The notes: a model not told the origin generated them from the letters alone. DNA of 64,000 nucleotides from Octopus vulgaris (GCA_951406725.2 OX597822.1:10168001-10232000), one strand, 5' to 3'; shown: positions 41,856-57,026, numbered from the stretch's first letter. Numbers and translations are program-made.

Positions 41856-41954
<99 letters not shown>

Positions 41955-42185
41955 GGGGTAGAGAAAAGAAATATATTTTGATTAGCTTAAATTACTGAGA
42001 CTAATTTATAAAATACGAACATTTTGGAATGTCGCGTTTGATTGAGTTACCTGAAGAAAATTTTGTGAAATATGACCAACATTCACGACTGGGTGGGTGT
42101 TCATTTAAATTCATATTTATGTAACTAGAATTGCTACAAACGCTTTCTACGTATGTATATATGCATGCATAAATTATATGCCAGT

Positions 42186-42252
<67 letters not shown>

Positions 42253-42489
42253 AATTTATATACTGTGATATTTCCATTTACCCATACAACCATTACATAC
42301 AAGCTCTCTCTGTCTCTCTCCCTCTCTCCTCCCCTCGTCTCTTTCTTTCTCTCATACACGCACAAAATATTTTAAAATAATGTTATTATTTCAAATTACT
42401 TTTAAGAATAACAACCGAGTATTTACTGATGGTGGAAAATCTCTGCTGAGAGTAGAGTCAAATATACTGTGAAGATCAAACTGACTGAG

Positions 42490-42550
<61 letters not shown>

Positions 42551-42981
42551 CTTATATATATATTTATCTTATATTAAACCTTTAATACTTTTTATAGTTA
42601 TATAATTTACCAAAAAAAAAGAAATTTAATAAATAAAATAAAATAATAATAATTAAAAAAAAATATATATATATATTTAAAATTTATAAGTTTAAATTAT
42701 TTAAATAATTTTTAAAATTTTAACTTTAATTTATATATTTTAATTTGGAATTTTATATTTTATATATATATATATATATTTTTAATTAATTTTTTTCTAT
42801 GTATTGGCTTATGATTTTCACTGTTTGATTTGCCTAATAGTGGTTTTATCTCTAATAAAACCACTATCTTTAATATAATATATGTATATATATATATATA
42901 TATGTATGTATATATGTATGTATATATATATGTATGCATATATATATATGCATGTATGTATGTATATATATGTGTGTGTGT

Positions 42982-43030
<49 letters not shown>

Positions 43031-43209
43031 AGTAATTGATTAAGTAACGAGATGATGGATTTGGTATTAGTCTTTATTTTGAACGACATTCGTTTCGATC
43101 CATTCTGCTGCTGCCCCCTATGGGTGGGATTCTGAGCATCATGCTCTGGATCACATTTCGCTGTCTGGATCACATCAGGTACATCCGTACATAAAGTGGA
43201 ACCTCGCTA

Positions 43210-43310
43210 GAATTGAAAGTGGAAATGGCATGAATGTATAGAATTCGAGAGTGTAATCTAAAAATGATACCAGTGGTGATCGGAACGTTAGGCTCAATCC
43301 CATTGAAACT
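43210..43310 (+). mobile_element. R4/Dong fragment
   Basis: Matches 46695-46796. Confidence 0.7.
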
Positions 43311-43479
43311 TCAAGTTTGGGCAGTCATGTTGATATTTGCCCGTCGAGTTACGGAATTCCCTAATTCGACGGGCAAGTAACGCCTCGGGTAAAGTAACAC
43401 CTTGGACAAGTGTCTTCTACTATAGTCTCGAGCCGAACAAAGCCTTGTAAGTGGATTTGGATGACGGAAACTGAAAATC

Positions 43480-44188
<709 letters not shown>

Positions 44189-44350
44189 CGTGTGTGTGTG
44201 TGTGTGCGTGTGTGTGTGCATGTGTGTGTCTGTGTGTGAGTGTGTTTTGTGTCTATGTATGCTCCCACCATTATCACTTGACAACACGTGCTGGTGTTTT
44301 ACGTGTTACCTAGCTGCTCGGCAAGAGAGAGAGAGAATGAGAGAGGGAGG

Positions 44351-44392
<42 letters not shown>

Positions 44393-44726
44393 TTACTAGG
44401 CTTCAAAATTAAGTCCTTCATGGCAGTGCCCCAGCATGGCGGCAGTGGAATGCCTGAAACAAGTAAAAGAATACACAACACAACACACAACACACACACA
44501 TATGGGGAGATAGATACATAGAAATATATCTGTATTATGATCATCACAAACTGTCTACCTCAGATAATCATTAGTCTACAACAGGTGAAAATTATCGAAC
44601 AATTACGACGAAAAAAAGATCCACGAAAAGATTTATCTATAAATTAATCCCTAAAGATATTTTATGCACAGACCTCTCTTCAGCGTGACCATTCACTTCA
44701 AACAGAAAACATTCAAACTAATAATA

Positions 44727-44803
<77 letters not shown>

Positions 44804-44809
44804 CTTTTA

Positions 44810-44937
44810 AAAAAAATGAACGAACTAGTGAGTTTAGTTTAATGGCCTACCAATGTATACTATGAGTTTCTCTGCCCTAAGAGTCGGGAAGACACTCGGC
44901 AAGAAATGGAAGCGAATTCGAAAGAAGAAAAAAAAAG
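44810..44937 (+). mobile_element. Isolated 3' UTR of the R4/Dong family seen at 47769-49108
   Basis: Near-identical to 48986-49108; (AAT)n on both sides. Confidence 0.85.
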
Positions 44938-44970
44938 ATAATGATAATAATAATAATAATAATAATAATG

Positions 44971-45045
<75 letters not shown>

Positions 45046-45420
45046 TTAATAATAATAGTAATAATGATGATAATAATAATAAGAAGGAGATGAAGAAGAA
45101 GAAGAAGAAGAAGAAGAAGAAGAAGAAGAAGAAGAAGAAGAAGAAGAAGAAGAAGGAGAAGAAGAAGAGGGAGAAGAAGAAGAAGAAGAAGAAGAAGGAG
45201 AAGAAAGAGAAGAAGAAGAAGGAGAAGAAGAAGAGGGAGAAGAAGAAGAAGAAGAAGAAGGAGAAGAAAAGAAGAAGAAGAAGAAGAAGAAGAAGAAGAA
45301 GAAGAGAATGAAAAGAAGACGAAGAAGAAGAAGGGGAAGAAGAAGAAGAAGAAGAAGAAGAAGAAGAAGAAGAAGAAGAAGAAGAAGAAGAAGAAGAAGA
45401 AGAAGAAGAAGAAGAAGAAA
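44938..45420. repeat. (AAT)n then (GAA)n microsatellite
   Basis: Direct reading. Confidence 0.95.
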
Positions 45421-46969
45421 GGCCCATCATTGAACCATCTTCTGTTTATGGATCATCTGAAATTGTTTGGAAAATCTGAAAAACAGATTCCTTGACCAAA
45501 ACAGTCCAGAAATGTGATAGACACATCGGTATGGAATTTGGGATTACCAAAGGCTCAGTACTTAATATGAAAAGTGGGAAGAAAGCAGCCTGCAGAGGAT
45601 TGCGATTACCATCAGGAGAGACCATGGGTGAACCCGACGGTATTGGGGGTAGATGTTTAGGCATTTTGGAGCTGGATGACATTCTACACGGAGAAATGAA
45701 AGTTAAGGTCAGCGAGGCGTATCATAAAAGGGTGAAGACGGTATTGAAATCCACTCTGAATGCCAAAAACTTGATTAGCGCAATGATTATCTAGGCCGTT
45801 GTGGTGGTCAGATATAGTGTGTCCATTCTCAAATGGACTAACGATGAAATATCAACACAAGTTAGAAGGACGAGAAAGTTGATGACGCTGCATGGGGCGC
45901 TACACCCTAAAGCAAACGTAAACAGACTGTATATGAAAAGAAAGAATGGTGGCAGAGGACTCATTAGTATAGACCATTGTAAAAGGAGTGAAAGGAGAAC
46001 GCTTGCTGAGTATTTGATAAATAGTGATGAAGACCTGCTGCAATATTTCGCGAAAGATATGGATGTAAATGCAGATGAAATGATGGGTAAGGAGGAGTTT
46101 AATCAAAGAGCTGATGAGAAGAGGAAAGAAAACCTTCTTGAAATGGGAATGCATGGACAGTTTGAAAGGAATACGCAAGACATTAAGGTTAATACAGCAT
46201 CGTGAGCATGGCTTGAGAGGGGTGATTTGAAGCGTACCACTGAAAGCCTGATCATTGCTGTACAAGACCAGGCTCTCGCTACCAATTCAGTGAAGTATAG
46301 CATATATAAAACCTCTGACACTCAGAAATGCAGATTCTGTAGGGAGAGAGTGGAAAATGTGACCCACTTGGTAATTGGATATAAGAGCCTTGCACAAAAG
46401 GAATAAAGCGCCACCAAGATAAAGTGCTTGTGTATCTTCATTGGCTTTTATGCCGTAAATACTAATATGAACTAACAGAGAACTGGTCTGAGCATGTACC
46501 AAGTTATGCAGGAGGATGGAAAAGTAACGATACTCTGGGACTATGATTTTCAGACGGGTCGTATAATCGAACACTGTCGGCCGGATATTGTCATATTGAA
46601 TAAGAGAGATAGATGCCGTCAGATGATTGATGTAGCTATACCAAATGACATGAATGTTGTGAGTAAAGAGGTTGAAAAAATCCCCATGTACTCCGAATTG
46701 AAAGTGGAAATGGCAAGATTGCATAGAATTCGAGAGTGTAATTAAAAAATGATACCAGTGGTGATCGGAACGTTAGGCTCAATCGTATTGAAACTTTAAA
46801 ACTTCTTAAGGCAACGGGAAATCCCATGCAAGATTGATGTCTTGCAAAAAGCAGTCTTATTGGGTACATGGCACATCTTCAGGAAAGTATTATCTGTCTG
46901 AGGTCCTTATTGTGACTTGACAGATGACTAAAGACTCCGGTGCATCTTTACTTACACTGTGTTACGAAG
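45421..46969 (+). pseudogene. R4/Dong-clade retrotransposon, 5'-truncated (copy A)
   Basis: HPKANVNRLYMKRKNGGRGL, AVQDQALAT, CRFC..ENVTHLV, ILWDYDFQT..RPDIV..IDVAIP; stop 46899-46901; followed by (AAT)n. Confidence 0.9.
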
Positions 46970-47049
<80 letters not shown>

Positions 47050-47050
47050 T

Positions 47051-47722
47051 AAACACAATTTAAACGCAATATATTCACTGGGTAATTTGCAAAAACCTGG
47101 ATTTGCCCCATGAAAAAAACTGTTGGGAACACAAACCACCTCCAGTGCTTGAAAATGACCACATCTCACTCCTCTGGAACTTCACCATTCAAACTGACAG
47201 AAAGATAGATGCAAATAGGCCAGACATTATACTGAAAGACTTCAGACAAAAATCATGCCTCCTCATTGATATGACTGTCCCAATCGATATAATCGTATCT
47301 GTCAAGACCTACCAAAAACTGAGCAAATATAAAGATCTTGAAATAGAAATCAGCAAAATGTGGAAGCTGAAGACTAAAAAAATACCTGTTGTCATAGGTG
47401 CCCTGGGAATGATAGCAAAAGGGGCTGATTGCTACCTAGCTCAGATATTAGGAAACCCCAAAATGGCAGAAATTCAAAAGATAGTGCTCATGGAAACTGC
47501 TCATATCCTACGCAAAATACTTTCCATGTAATGTCAAGTTTTAAAACAAACATAACTTTCGTATGGTTTTTTTAGGTATTCACTAGTACAACACTATGTA
47601 CAAAACCAAATATATGGCACCCTAGGCATAACACCAACATAAAATTCTAACTTGTTGTCTCTTGAGGTCTGAGGGTGAGACTTGAAGCCAACTTGTACAA
47701 ATGTAAAGCAAAAACAAACATA
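47051..47722 (+). pseudogene. R4/Dong-clade 3' fragment, endonuclease domain (copy B)
   Basis: ORF 47103-47531 LLWNFTIQTDRKIDANRPDII..LIDMTVP..KLSKYKDL; (AAT)n on both sides. Confidence 0.9.
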
Positions 47723-47768
47723 ACATCATAATGATAATAGTATTAATAATAATAATAATAATAATAAT

Positions 47769-49108
47769 GTGTTGAACTGGAATATGAGTGAAGTAAAGAA
47801 TATAGATAGGAAAATACGCAAGCTGCTGAGTTGTAATAGGATGCACCACCCAAAGGCAGACGTAGATCGCCTTTACCTTCCCAGAGTCCAAGGAGGTCGA
47901 GGCCTGATCCAATTTGAACTAGCTTACAAAACAACCACAATTGGACTGGCCAAATATCTCGAAATATCGAATGACTGGATGCTAAAGCTCGTGGAAAATC
48001 ACGAGAGACGAAAGAAGCTCCATTCTATCATAAAGGAAAGCAAAAAATTTGCTATTGATCTCGTGCAGGATACCCAAACTGAACAACCCGAGGGAAGTAC
48101 GGCAACTATTGTTGCAAAGAAGGTGAAAATGATGGCAATGAAAAAAGCGCACGAGCAATTGGCTGATAGGTGGGAGGAGAAACCTCTGCACGGCAAATAT
48201 GTGACCGCAGCAAACAATCTGATGTTGACCAGAAGCAAACCCATCAGTGGCTACGGAGCTCAGGGCTAAAAGCAGAGAGCGAAGGTTTCATCCTGGCTGC
48301 TCAAGATCAAAGCCTATTAACCCGGAACTACCAGGCCAATGTGATGAAAAATGGAGCAGACCCAAAATGCCGATTCTGCAACGACATGATTGAAACAGTG
48401 GACCACCTAATCTCTGGATGTAAAGTCTTAGCACCAGTGGAGTATAAATTAAGACATGACAGAGTTGGCCAATATCTACACTGGCTAATAAGTCGGCATT
48501 ACAATATCAAAACTGCCGACAAGTGGTATAATCACCACCCTGAGGCTGTAACTGAAGGAGAAAATGTAACCATTCTGTGGGACTTTCCAGTACATACAGA
48601 CCGAACCATCAAGGCCAATAAACCAGATATTGTTGTGAAAGACCAAAACAATAAAGTTTGCTTATTGATCGACATGAGCATCCCCTGTGATCATAATATC
48701 TCAGCGAAAGAGTTTGACAAGCTCAGAAAATATAAAGACCTACTCATTGAAATTGAGAAAATGTAGCATCTCAAGGCGGTTACAATACCAGTGATCGTAG
48801 GAGCACTAGGAATCATCAAGAAGGGAACCGAAAATTATATGAGAATGATCCCTGGCTTACCATCCCTGCAAGAAGTGCAAAAGATTGTCTTAACTGGTAC
48901 ATCACACGTATTGAGAAGAGCATTGTCGATGTGAGAACTGTTGCTGCTCATGTATTTTAATTTAACTTAAAAAAAAAAAAAATTTAAAAAAATGAACGAA
49001 CTATTGAGTTTGGTTTAATGGCCTACCAATGTATACTATGAGTTTCTTTGCCCTAGGAGTCGGGAAGACACTCGGCAAGAAATGGAAGCAAATTTGAAAG
49101 AAAAAAAA
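47769..49108 (+). pseudogene. R4/Dong-clade retrotransposon, 5'-truncated (copy C)
   Basis: HHPKADVDRLYLPR..GGRGL, CRFC..ETVDHLISGC, RHD, ANKPDIV..LIDMSIP..KYKDL; one frameshift, one stop; ORF ends 48934. Confidence 0.92.
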
Positions 49109-49172
<64 letters not shown>

Positions 49173-49203
49173 TAATAATAATAATAATGATAATAATAAT
49201 AAT

Positions 49204-49850
49204 TGTGGCAACACGACCGGGTAGCGAAAGTGCTACATTGGAACTGTGCGAAAAGTGGGGGATAGAGAGAAGACATGATATGGGCAGTAACCGCAGAAAA
49301 TGGAGATTCGGAGGTTATCAAAATCCTGTGTGATTTCCCAGTCCAATCAGATCAGGTGCTGGAGCATAAACAGACCGGACCTAATGGTGATGGATAAGTT
49401 GCACCACATATGCAATATAGTTGACGGTGCATACGCCTTTGACTCACGAATAGTCAAGAAAGAAGGCGAAAAGGTAGAGAGAGAGATAGAGAGATAGAAA
49501 GACAGAGAGACAGACAGATAGATAGACAGATGGATAGATAGAACCATCTTAAGTATGAAATGGCCCGGTTATGGAAAATGAAGAAGGTGAAGATAGAGTC
49601 AATTATTGTTGGGTCCTTGGGAACAGTATCAGATGGCATCAAGAGGAATATAAAGGATATTAGGATAGAGTGCCCAGTAGAACTGTTACAAAAATTGTTC
49701 TTCCTTGACACGACCAGAATAATAAGGAAAGTATTAGATAGTTAAAAAGAAGGAATGGTAAGGTACCGTGGGCTGCAGGTAGTAAACCCCCTACGCATGC
49801 AAGACTCCAGGAGCTCCAACAAAACCTGTAATAAGGAGAAAAAATAACAA
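49204..49850 (+). pseudogene. R4/Dong-clade 3' fragment (copy D), interrupted by a microsatellite
   Basis: RHD, INRPDLMV..IVDGAY, ARLWKMKKV..IIVGSLG..LLQK..IIRKVL. Confidence 0.8.
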
Positions 49851-50051
49851 TAACGATGATGATGATGATAATAAAGAAGAAGATAATGAGAGGGAGATGA
49901 TATATATTATTGTATCTACACGCAAGTAATTGGAGATTAATACAGTAGAATTTGAACGTAAACTATTTATAATCGATGCATAAACACGATGTCAAACTGA
50001 GTACATACGCATACATAAATAGAAACTGTGTGTGTTTATATACATAATACA

Positions 50052-50098
<47 letters not shown>

Positions 50099-51089
50099 CT
50101 GTATTTGCTTACATGTATTATGCTTATAAGCATATATATACTAATGTATAGCAATCCTCTATTATATATATATATATATACACACATTTATATACTCGTA
50201 TATATACATACATACAAAATATACATACAGGAATATATATGTACATCTATTTATCTATTTATCTATCTATATATCTATCTATCTAACTATCTACCTATAT
50301 ATATATATATTCGTATATATGCATGCATGTATATATATATATATATATGCAAGAATATACGCATAACTACATATAAATCATGTATATTCATGCATCTACA
50401 TATAGATATACACATATGTATGCGTGTGTGTATGAGTGTGTATTTAAACGTATATCTCGTTTAGCCATCTGCTTAAGGGTGTGGTCTCAATGATACACTA
50501 TTAAACATATTCAAATGTAATTTAAATAGACAGACCCTGGAGAAAAAAAAAAAAACTCTAGAATTTTCTTTAAATTATCAAAGATATAAAATGCGAACGA
50601 GAAATACAGAAATGGCCTTTCCATATGAACTAGACCGACTTCCACCACCATCACCATATGTGTAGGCTCGAGTTTCTCTGTCTGTCTGTCTCTCTCTGTA
50701 TATGTATACACACACACTCACACTCACACATATACAATGTCTACACTAGTACGACTAGGCAGCCAAGATATATAAGTACACTAAAAGAAAATATAATCAT
50801 AAATCTATAGCATTTCGGAAACAGAAGGCCGACAGGAAAGCAAATACAAAGAATACTCCCCCGCGTCATGCCATGGTGTAAATATATCACGTGATAGCCA
50901 ATAAGGATTCGAATGACATCTGATTCGAAAATAGTGATTTCGAAAGCACAAGCACATCTATTTAAGCGACAGGAGAATAGTTATGGAAATTCTATTCCAT
51001 TGACTCCCTGGTTATTGACCAAATTTAATTTACTGTCTCCAGAATATTACGAAGTAGGTTTTCAAAGATTTCAAACGTAGCAGATCTCT

Positions 51090-51850
51090 GTGTGTGTTTG
51101 CGCACGCGTGTGTGCGGGCAAACACACACATACTCGTACACATACTCGTACACATACTCGTACACACACCTACACATACGCACACACGCACAGGAATGCA
51201 CATATACCTAATACGCACACCCCTACGCACACACATATACATACACGTACATGCACGCACACACACGCACACATACACGCACACACATACACACAACTAC
51301 ACGCACATACATGCACCTACACACACATGAACACGCACACACCCACAGGAACACACACATACCTGCACACACACAACCCCACATACACACATATACACAC
51401 GTACATACACATACATGCACACATACACACGCACACAAACGCGCACTCACATATACACACAACTCCCACGTACACATACACACGCACATACAAGCACACA
51501 TACACACGCACAGACACGCACATACAACCACTCGCACACATACACACGCACACACACGCACACATGCACGCACATATACCTCCCACACACACAAGGCACA
51601 CTCATACATACACGCACACAATTACCCATATACGGGCATACACACTGACACACACATGCACACACCCACATGCACGTGTATGCACGCACACACACACACG
51701 CACGCACATGCACACGCACAAACACACGTATACATACACACGCACTCAGACACACACACTCACATACACGCACACACAGACGTATTCACAAACATCACAC
51801 ACAACATACACATACACGTACACACATATATACACACACATACACATGCT
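51090..51850. repeat. Degenerate (AC)n low-complexity tract
   Basis: Direct reading. Confidence 0.9.
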
Positions 51851-52489
51851 TCCAACTGCCAGCAAAACACCTTTCTACTGACCATTCCCCTACGCACATG
51901 TGAAGAAACACACAACTACACAAAAGACCACTACTCCCGTTACCATTCTGCCGAATTCTTCCTACAACATTAAGAGACACAAAGATCACTCATTCATACA
52001 CATATAAACAGCCAACACCATAGAAACACCACACACACACACATACACACACACACACACAGAGATTTGCACACACATACCCACAAATACACACAGATAT
52101 CTCCTTCTCTTATACTCTCCTGTCTTAGAAAGAACTTTTCTTCACCCGTTCCCTTCCGGTCATTTCAAGATGTAACAACATGTGGATCGTTGACTATTTT
52201 TTTCTTCCGTCTTCCTTTTCTCTTAGACTTTCCTCCGTCTCTTATTTCTGACGAAGAGCTTTACTCAAAACCTAAAACTACTTTTCTTTCCTTCCCTGAG
52301 CGTCTATTAATACTTTACGTGTACCACGTTCACGCGTTGTCGTTTCCTCCTTGTTTTTCCACGTAATGTTTTGGTTATTAATTATATATGCATAAATATA
52401 TGTCTGTATATCTATCTGTCTACCTCATCTATATATATACATATACATATACATATAATATACATACATACATAAATATATATATATAT

Positions 52490-52676
52490 AGGAGAGTTTA
52501 CGAAAAAGCAAAAGACGAAGACAGGTGGTGTACAAAACAAACAGATATATTAGTATAACGCTCAGGAATAGAAAAAGTATTTTACGTTTCGAGCCTACGC
52601 TCTTCTACAGAAAGGGACACAGAAAAAACAAGGAGAGAAAAAAATGTGTGTGGTGGCTAACGATCTATCATGGCGA
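52490..52676 (-). mobile_element. ~190-bp repeat with a minimal HHR-like motif at 52580-52614
   Basis: Reverse complement of 10940-11127. Confidence 0.65.
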
Positions 52677-53627
52677 CTGACTCGGACAGAAGGGTCATAC
52701 ACGAGAGGGAAAGTAGGTGAGATAACAAAGTAAAGATGACCCCCAACACGAAGGTGCATGTGTGTATAAGAGAGTATGTATGTGCGTGTGAAAGAGGGCT
52801 GGTGGTCTGGACGTGTGCGTGTATGTATGTGTAGCTGTGAAAATGTGGGGATGGGTTTGTGGGTGGTATGTTGTGATGTGATGTGTAATGTTGTATGGTG
52901 TAGTGTTGTGTGATGTTGTTGGGAGGTGGGGGAGGCGAGAGTAGGGCATATACCTGTAAATATAATATGTGACAATTATTCGGTAGCCATCCTCTATTAA
53001 CATAACATCGAGGTCTCTTTCTTTCTTTTGTTGTCTTACAATTTTTATCAATATATATATATGCGCACGCGCGTATCTGCGGTTGGATAGTACTTAAGGA
53101 AATTCTATTCCGTCTACTCCCTTGTTATTGACCAAATTTAATCTAGTGAGCCCTGAACATTGCAAAGTAGATTTTCGAAGATTTCGAAGATAGCACATCC
53201 GTGTGTGTATGTGTGTGTGTCTGTTTGTGTGTGTGTATATATATATATATATTTTGTTTTTTTTATATTCGTCCCTTTTGTTGTCCTGGTGTCCGTATGC
53301 ATTCGATCCTTCTTCCAGGAAATCTACGCTCCCAGCTTAGTTTTTCTAATGCTCGTTGCTTAGTTTTTCTTGGAGGGCTGGCCGTGATCTAGTAATCTCA
53401 AGATTAATCAGCCGAAATTACTACGATGATCCGGTTCTTGACTGAAGACTGAGGGTTTCGAATGTCCTGTCCGTGTTTATTGTATCGTTTTCTTGAGTTA
53501 TACGTTCTTGTCCATGTTGTATTTTTCTACATACCTTATATATATATATATATATATGTTGATGCAACAAGGAATAACAGAACTGAAAATATAAGTATAT
53601 GTATAATCTTATTAATATTCAACGGAA

Positions 53628-53740
53628 GTAACAGACCAACTCAAGGTCGGAGAGTTTCATGCGTTGGCACTTATCAGACTTTTGATAAGTTTCATAAGTG
53701 CCGAAGCACGAAACTTCCCGACCCTGAGTCACTCTGCTAC
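53628..53740. ncRNA. Imperfect fold-back made of two degenerate HHR copies
   Basis: Minus: agt CTGATAA gtgc caac gcat GAAA ctc..gag TT; plus: ataa gtgc cgaa gcac GAAA ctt..gag TC actctg. Confidence 0.6.
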
Positions 53741-53791
53741 ATTTGTTATCTATCTATCTATCTATCTATCATTATATATATATATATATAT

Positions 53792-53826
<35 letters not shown>

Positions 53827-53880
53827 TAGATATAGATATAGATATATACGTACATACATATATATGCATATATATGTGCG

Positions 53881-53947
<67 letters not shown>

Positions 53948-53967
53948 ATATATATATGTATATATTA

Positions 53968-54209
53968 TCTTTTACTTGTTTCAGTCATTAGAATGTGGCC
54001 ATGCTAGGGCAACACCTTGAAGACCTTTAGTCGAACGCATAGATCTCAGTACATCTTTTCAAAGGCCTTGTATTTATTCTGTAGATTTCTGTTGTTGAAC
54101 CGTTAAGTTACGGCCACTTAAACACACCATACTGGTTGTTAACCAGCGGCAGAGGAAAACACAAGCACAAAGACACACACACACACTCTCTTACACACAC
54201 AGACACGCG

Positions 54210-54246
<37 letters not shown>

Positions 54247-54345
54247 ACACACTCATGCACTCACATACGCACCCACACGCACACATATATACGACAGGCT
54301 TATTTCAGTTTCCATCCACCAAATCCATTCTCAAGACTTTAGTCA
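53968..54345 (-). mobile_element. SINE family B, diverged
   Basis: cttttacttgtttcagtca tail and gacaggcttatttcagtttcc. Confidence 0.7.
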
Positions 54346-54589
54346 CCTCTAAATCGGAATATTTCTAATACAGAACTGAACCAGAGCTATGAGCTATCTA
54401 CACTCTTTAATTGGGGTTTCATAGAAAATGGTGAGATAACAGACGGGTCTTAGGCAATAGTAATGCGAAATGAGATAAAAAAAAAGTTATACAGAATGTA
54501 GAAGGCTAATAATACCATCGCCGGCGTCGTATATATTAGAAAATGCATCCATTACGCAAGACGTTCGTTAGTTAAACGTTCAAAATATA

Positions 54590-54986
54590 TCTTTATATAT
54601 AAAAGTGAGGTTGTGTGCTGTCTGTCTCCTACGATTTAGATTCCTAACTACTCCCACATTTTGCGGTGCAGTTTAACCAAAACTGGGTATCTTATAGTCG
54701 TGATTCATATCGAGCTCTTCTGGGTATTAGCGCGCGTCTACGATGAGTCTACGATTTTAAAAATAATTTACCATCAATTTTTTCTATTTTTAATGCATTT
54801 TTGGCATATATAAGGGAAGTAACTCTCTAAAAATTTATTATTAAATCTCAGAACGTAAAAAGATACAGTAACATCCCCCCCTTTGTGGTTAGCCATATTG
54901 AGATGGCTATTATTCTTTACATCTCTAAAAATGCTTATATAGTTATTTCCCTTACAAACCCGAGCAACGCCGGGCGATACTGCTAG
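54590..54986 (+). mobile_element. Non-autonomous Helitron
   Basis: A|TC start; cccgagcaacgccggg hairpin then CTAG|T. Confidence 0.88.
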
Positions 54987-55349
54987 TGTAGATATAAATG
55001 CGTTTGCGTGCGCGCGTGTATGCGTAATATACAAAGTAATATGTTCAAATTATATTTTAGATACACACAGACATTTGCAGAGATTTGAGTTAAAACTACC
55101 GTTTTAACTCTCTAAAGACTGATGAATTAACCAGTTGATTTACCTGGAATACATATTTCGAATAATCTCTTTAACCAATGATGCACAGAAATGTCTGTAA
55201 TTAGTTTTTCGCGATGTATTTGGTCCCTTTTCTATTACGCTTGCTCTTTTCCCTATATAACTATACATATTTATATATTAATACAATTCTGTAAATAATA
55301 ATAATATTTTCCTAAATTTAAAGCTTATCGGCGGTAAAAAGTGGGTTTT

Positions 55350-55422
55350 CCGTACACGTTGGGCACGAACCCACACCTCTATGTTTTCGCGACAAGTGCA
55401 CTACCATCTATACCAACGTACC
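55350..55422 (-). pseudogene. tRNA-like sequence inside a 44-bp inverted-repeat element (55285-55571)
   Basis: Cloverleaf with A box tggtatagatgg and B box ggttcgtgccc; several stem mismatches. Confidence 0.55.
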
Positions 55423-55720
55423 CTTCTACTCCTTCGCGTTGCGTACGGAAAACTTACTTTATTATATCGAGGGCTTATATGCTCCAATATTAGACACTTT
55501 TCTGTAGTCAATACACGGTGATCGCTTATAAGCTTTAAGCTTATAAAAATATTATTATTATTTATAGAATTCTAAAATTCGGCACCTCATATCAAATCAT
55601 ATAAGGTCGTAAATCTGAAACGAATTTCCTAGAGGATTTATCAAAATGCACAAGCTAACTAATTCAGTATTTTTGTGTGGCATCTCCAGACATAACACAA
55701 TCAATGTCTATATATATATA

Positions 55721-56237
55721 TCTATATATACAAAACTGTAGTTGTGTGAGTGTCTGTCCCCTTCGATTTAGATTCCTAACTACTCCCACATTTTGCGGTT
55801 CAGTTTAACCAAATTCGGGTATCTTATAGTCATGATTCATATCGAGCCCGTCTGGCTATTAGCGCGCGTCTACGATGAGTCTACGATTTTAAAAATAATT
55901 TAACATCATTTTTTATTCCATTTTAATGCATAATTTTTCGTGTGTCGATGGCGGCGGAGTTGGCGTCCACGCTCAAACACCTGCACTTGTGTTTGCTTCT
56001 CCCCCTTCTTCCCTCCCTCGTGAAGCTGTGGGGAAGGGAGTGTAAGGAAATCAACGTCGTAAAGCGTTGTCAAGGAGACCAGCGTTCTTTTAGAACAACG
56101 ACTTCATGGATTGAAGACACCAAAACAGAAATGGCTAAGAAAGCCCGAATTGGCATCTATAAGGGAAGTAACTCTCTAAAAATGCTTATATAGTTATTTC
56201 CCTTACAAACCCGAGCAACGCCGGGCGATACTGCTAG
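55721..56237 (+). mobile_element. Non-autonomous Helitron
   Basis: A|TC start, same hairpin, CTAG|T end. Confidence 0.88.
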
Positions 56238-56712
56238 TATAATCTAAACGAACAGGTACGCTAAGTGCTATAACTGTTTACCCGTTAGGTTCCAAGTTCA
56301 CAGCTGAGGCTGGAGCTCGTGATCCGTATCAAGCTTCCGTCTTAGCAGGTATATATTAGAGGAAAAGGACAAAAAAAAGAAGGCAGGAAGAGTATCTCAA
56401 GTAATTTATTATAATTTAATTATTTTAATTAGGGTATACCATAATTAAATTATTATAAATGACGCATCGAATTGATTCACTTGCATTATTTTCTTAGTGC
56501 ATCAGCTAAGCTACTGGACATTTTGTAATACCACTAGGTATAATCAACTCGTCGACTCAGAGAATGGTACCATTCCAAATTGATATATAGAACATCTATA
56601 ACACCCATGATTCTCAACAGGATGATGTGAGTAACTCTGCAAATATGTTTGAAAAATACAGTATGAGTATACAGATTGGGTTAAGGGAGATAGTACGTAG
56701 TACGTAATGATG

Positions 56713-57026
56713 AGAACTCCGTCGGTCAAGACGACGAGGGTCCCAGCTGATACGATCAACGGAACAGCTTGCTCGTGAAATTAGCGTACAAGTGGCTGAG
56801 CACTCCACAGACACGTGTACCCCTAACGTAATTCTCAGAGAGATTCAGCGTGACACAGATTGTGACAAGGCCGGCCCTTTGAAATACAGGTACAACTCAT
56901 TTTTGCCAGCTGAGTGGGCTGGAGCAACGTGAAATAAAGTGTCTTGTTCAAGGACACAACGCGTCGCCCCGGAATCGAACTCACGACCTTACAATCGTGA
57001 GCCGAATGCTCTAACCACTAAGCCAC
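56713..57026 (-). mobile_element. tRNA-derived SINE, family C
   Basis: Head gtggcttagtggttagagc..gagttcgattcc then gtgtccttgaacaagacact (V/CORE-like domain). Confidence 0.8.

Noticed and set aside
43338-43377. Strong hairpin ttgcccgtcgagtta..taattcgacgggcaa
   Set aside because: Isolated single copy; terminator logic does not apply in this eukaryotic context
50886-50905. E-box plus CCAAT
   Set aside because: Short motifs expected by chance; no gene nearby
55116-55145. CTGATGA followed by a small hairpin
   Set aside because: No GAAA or closing stems
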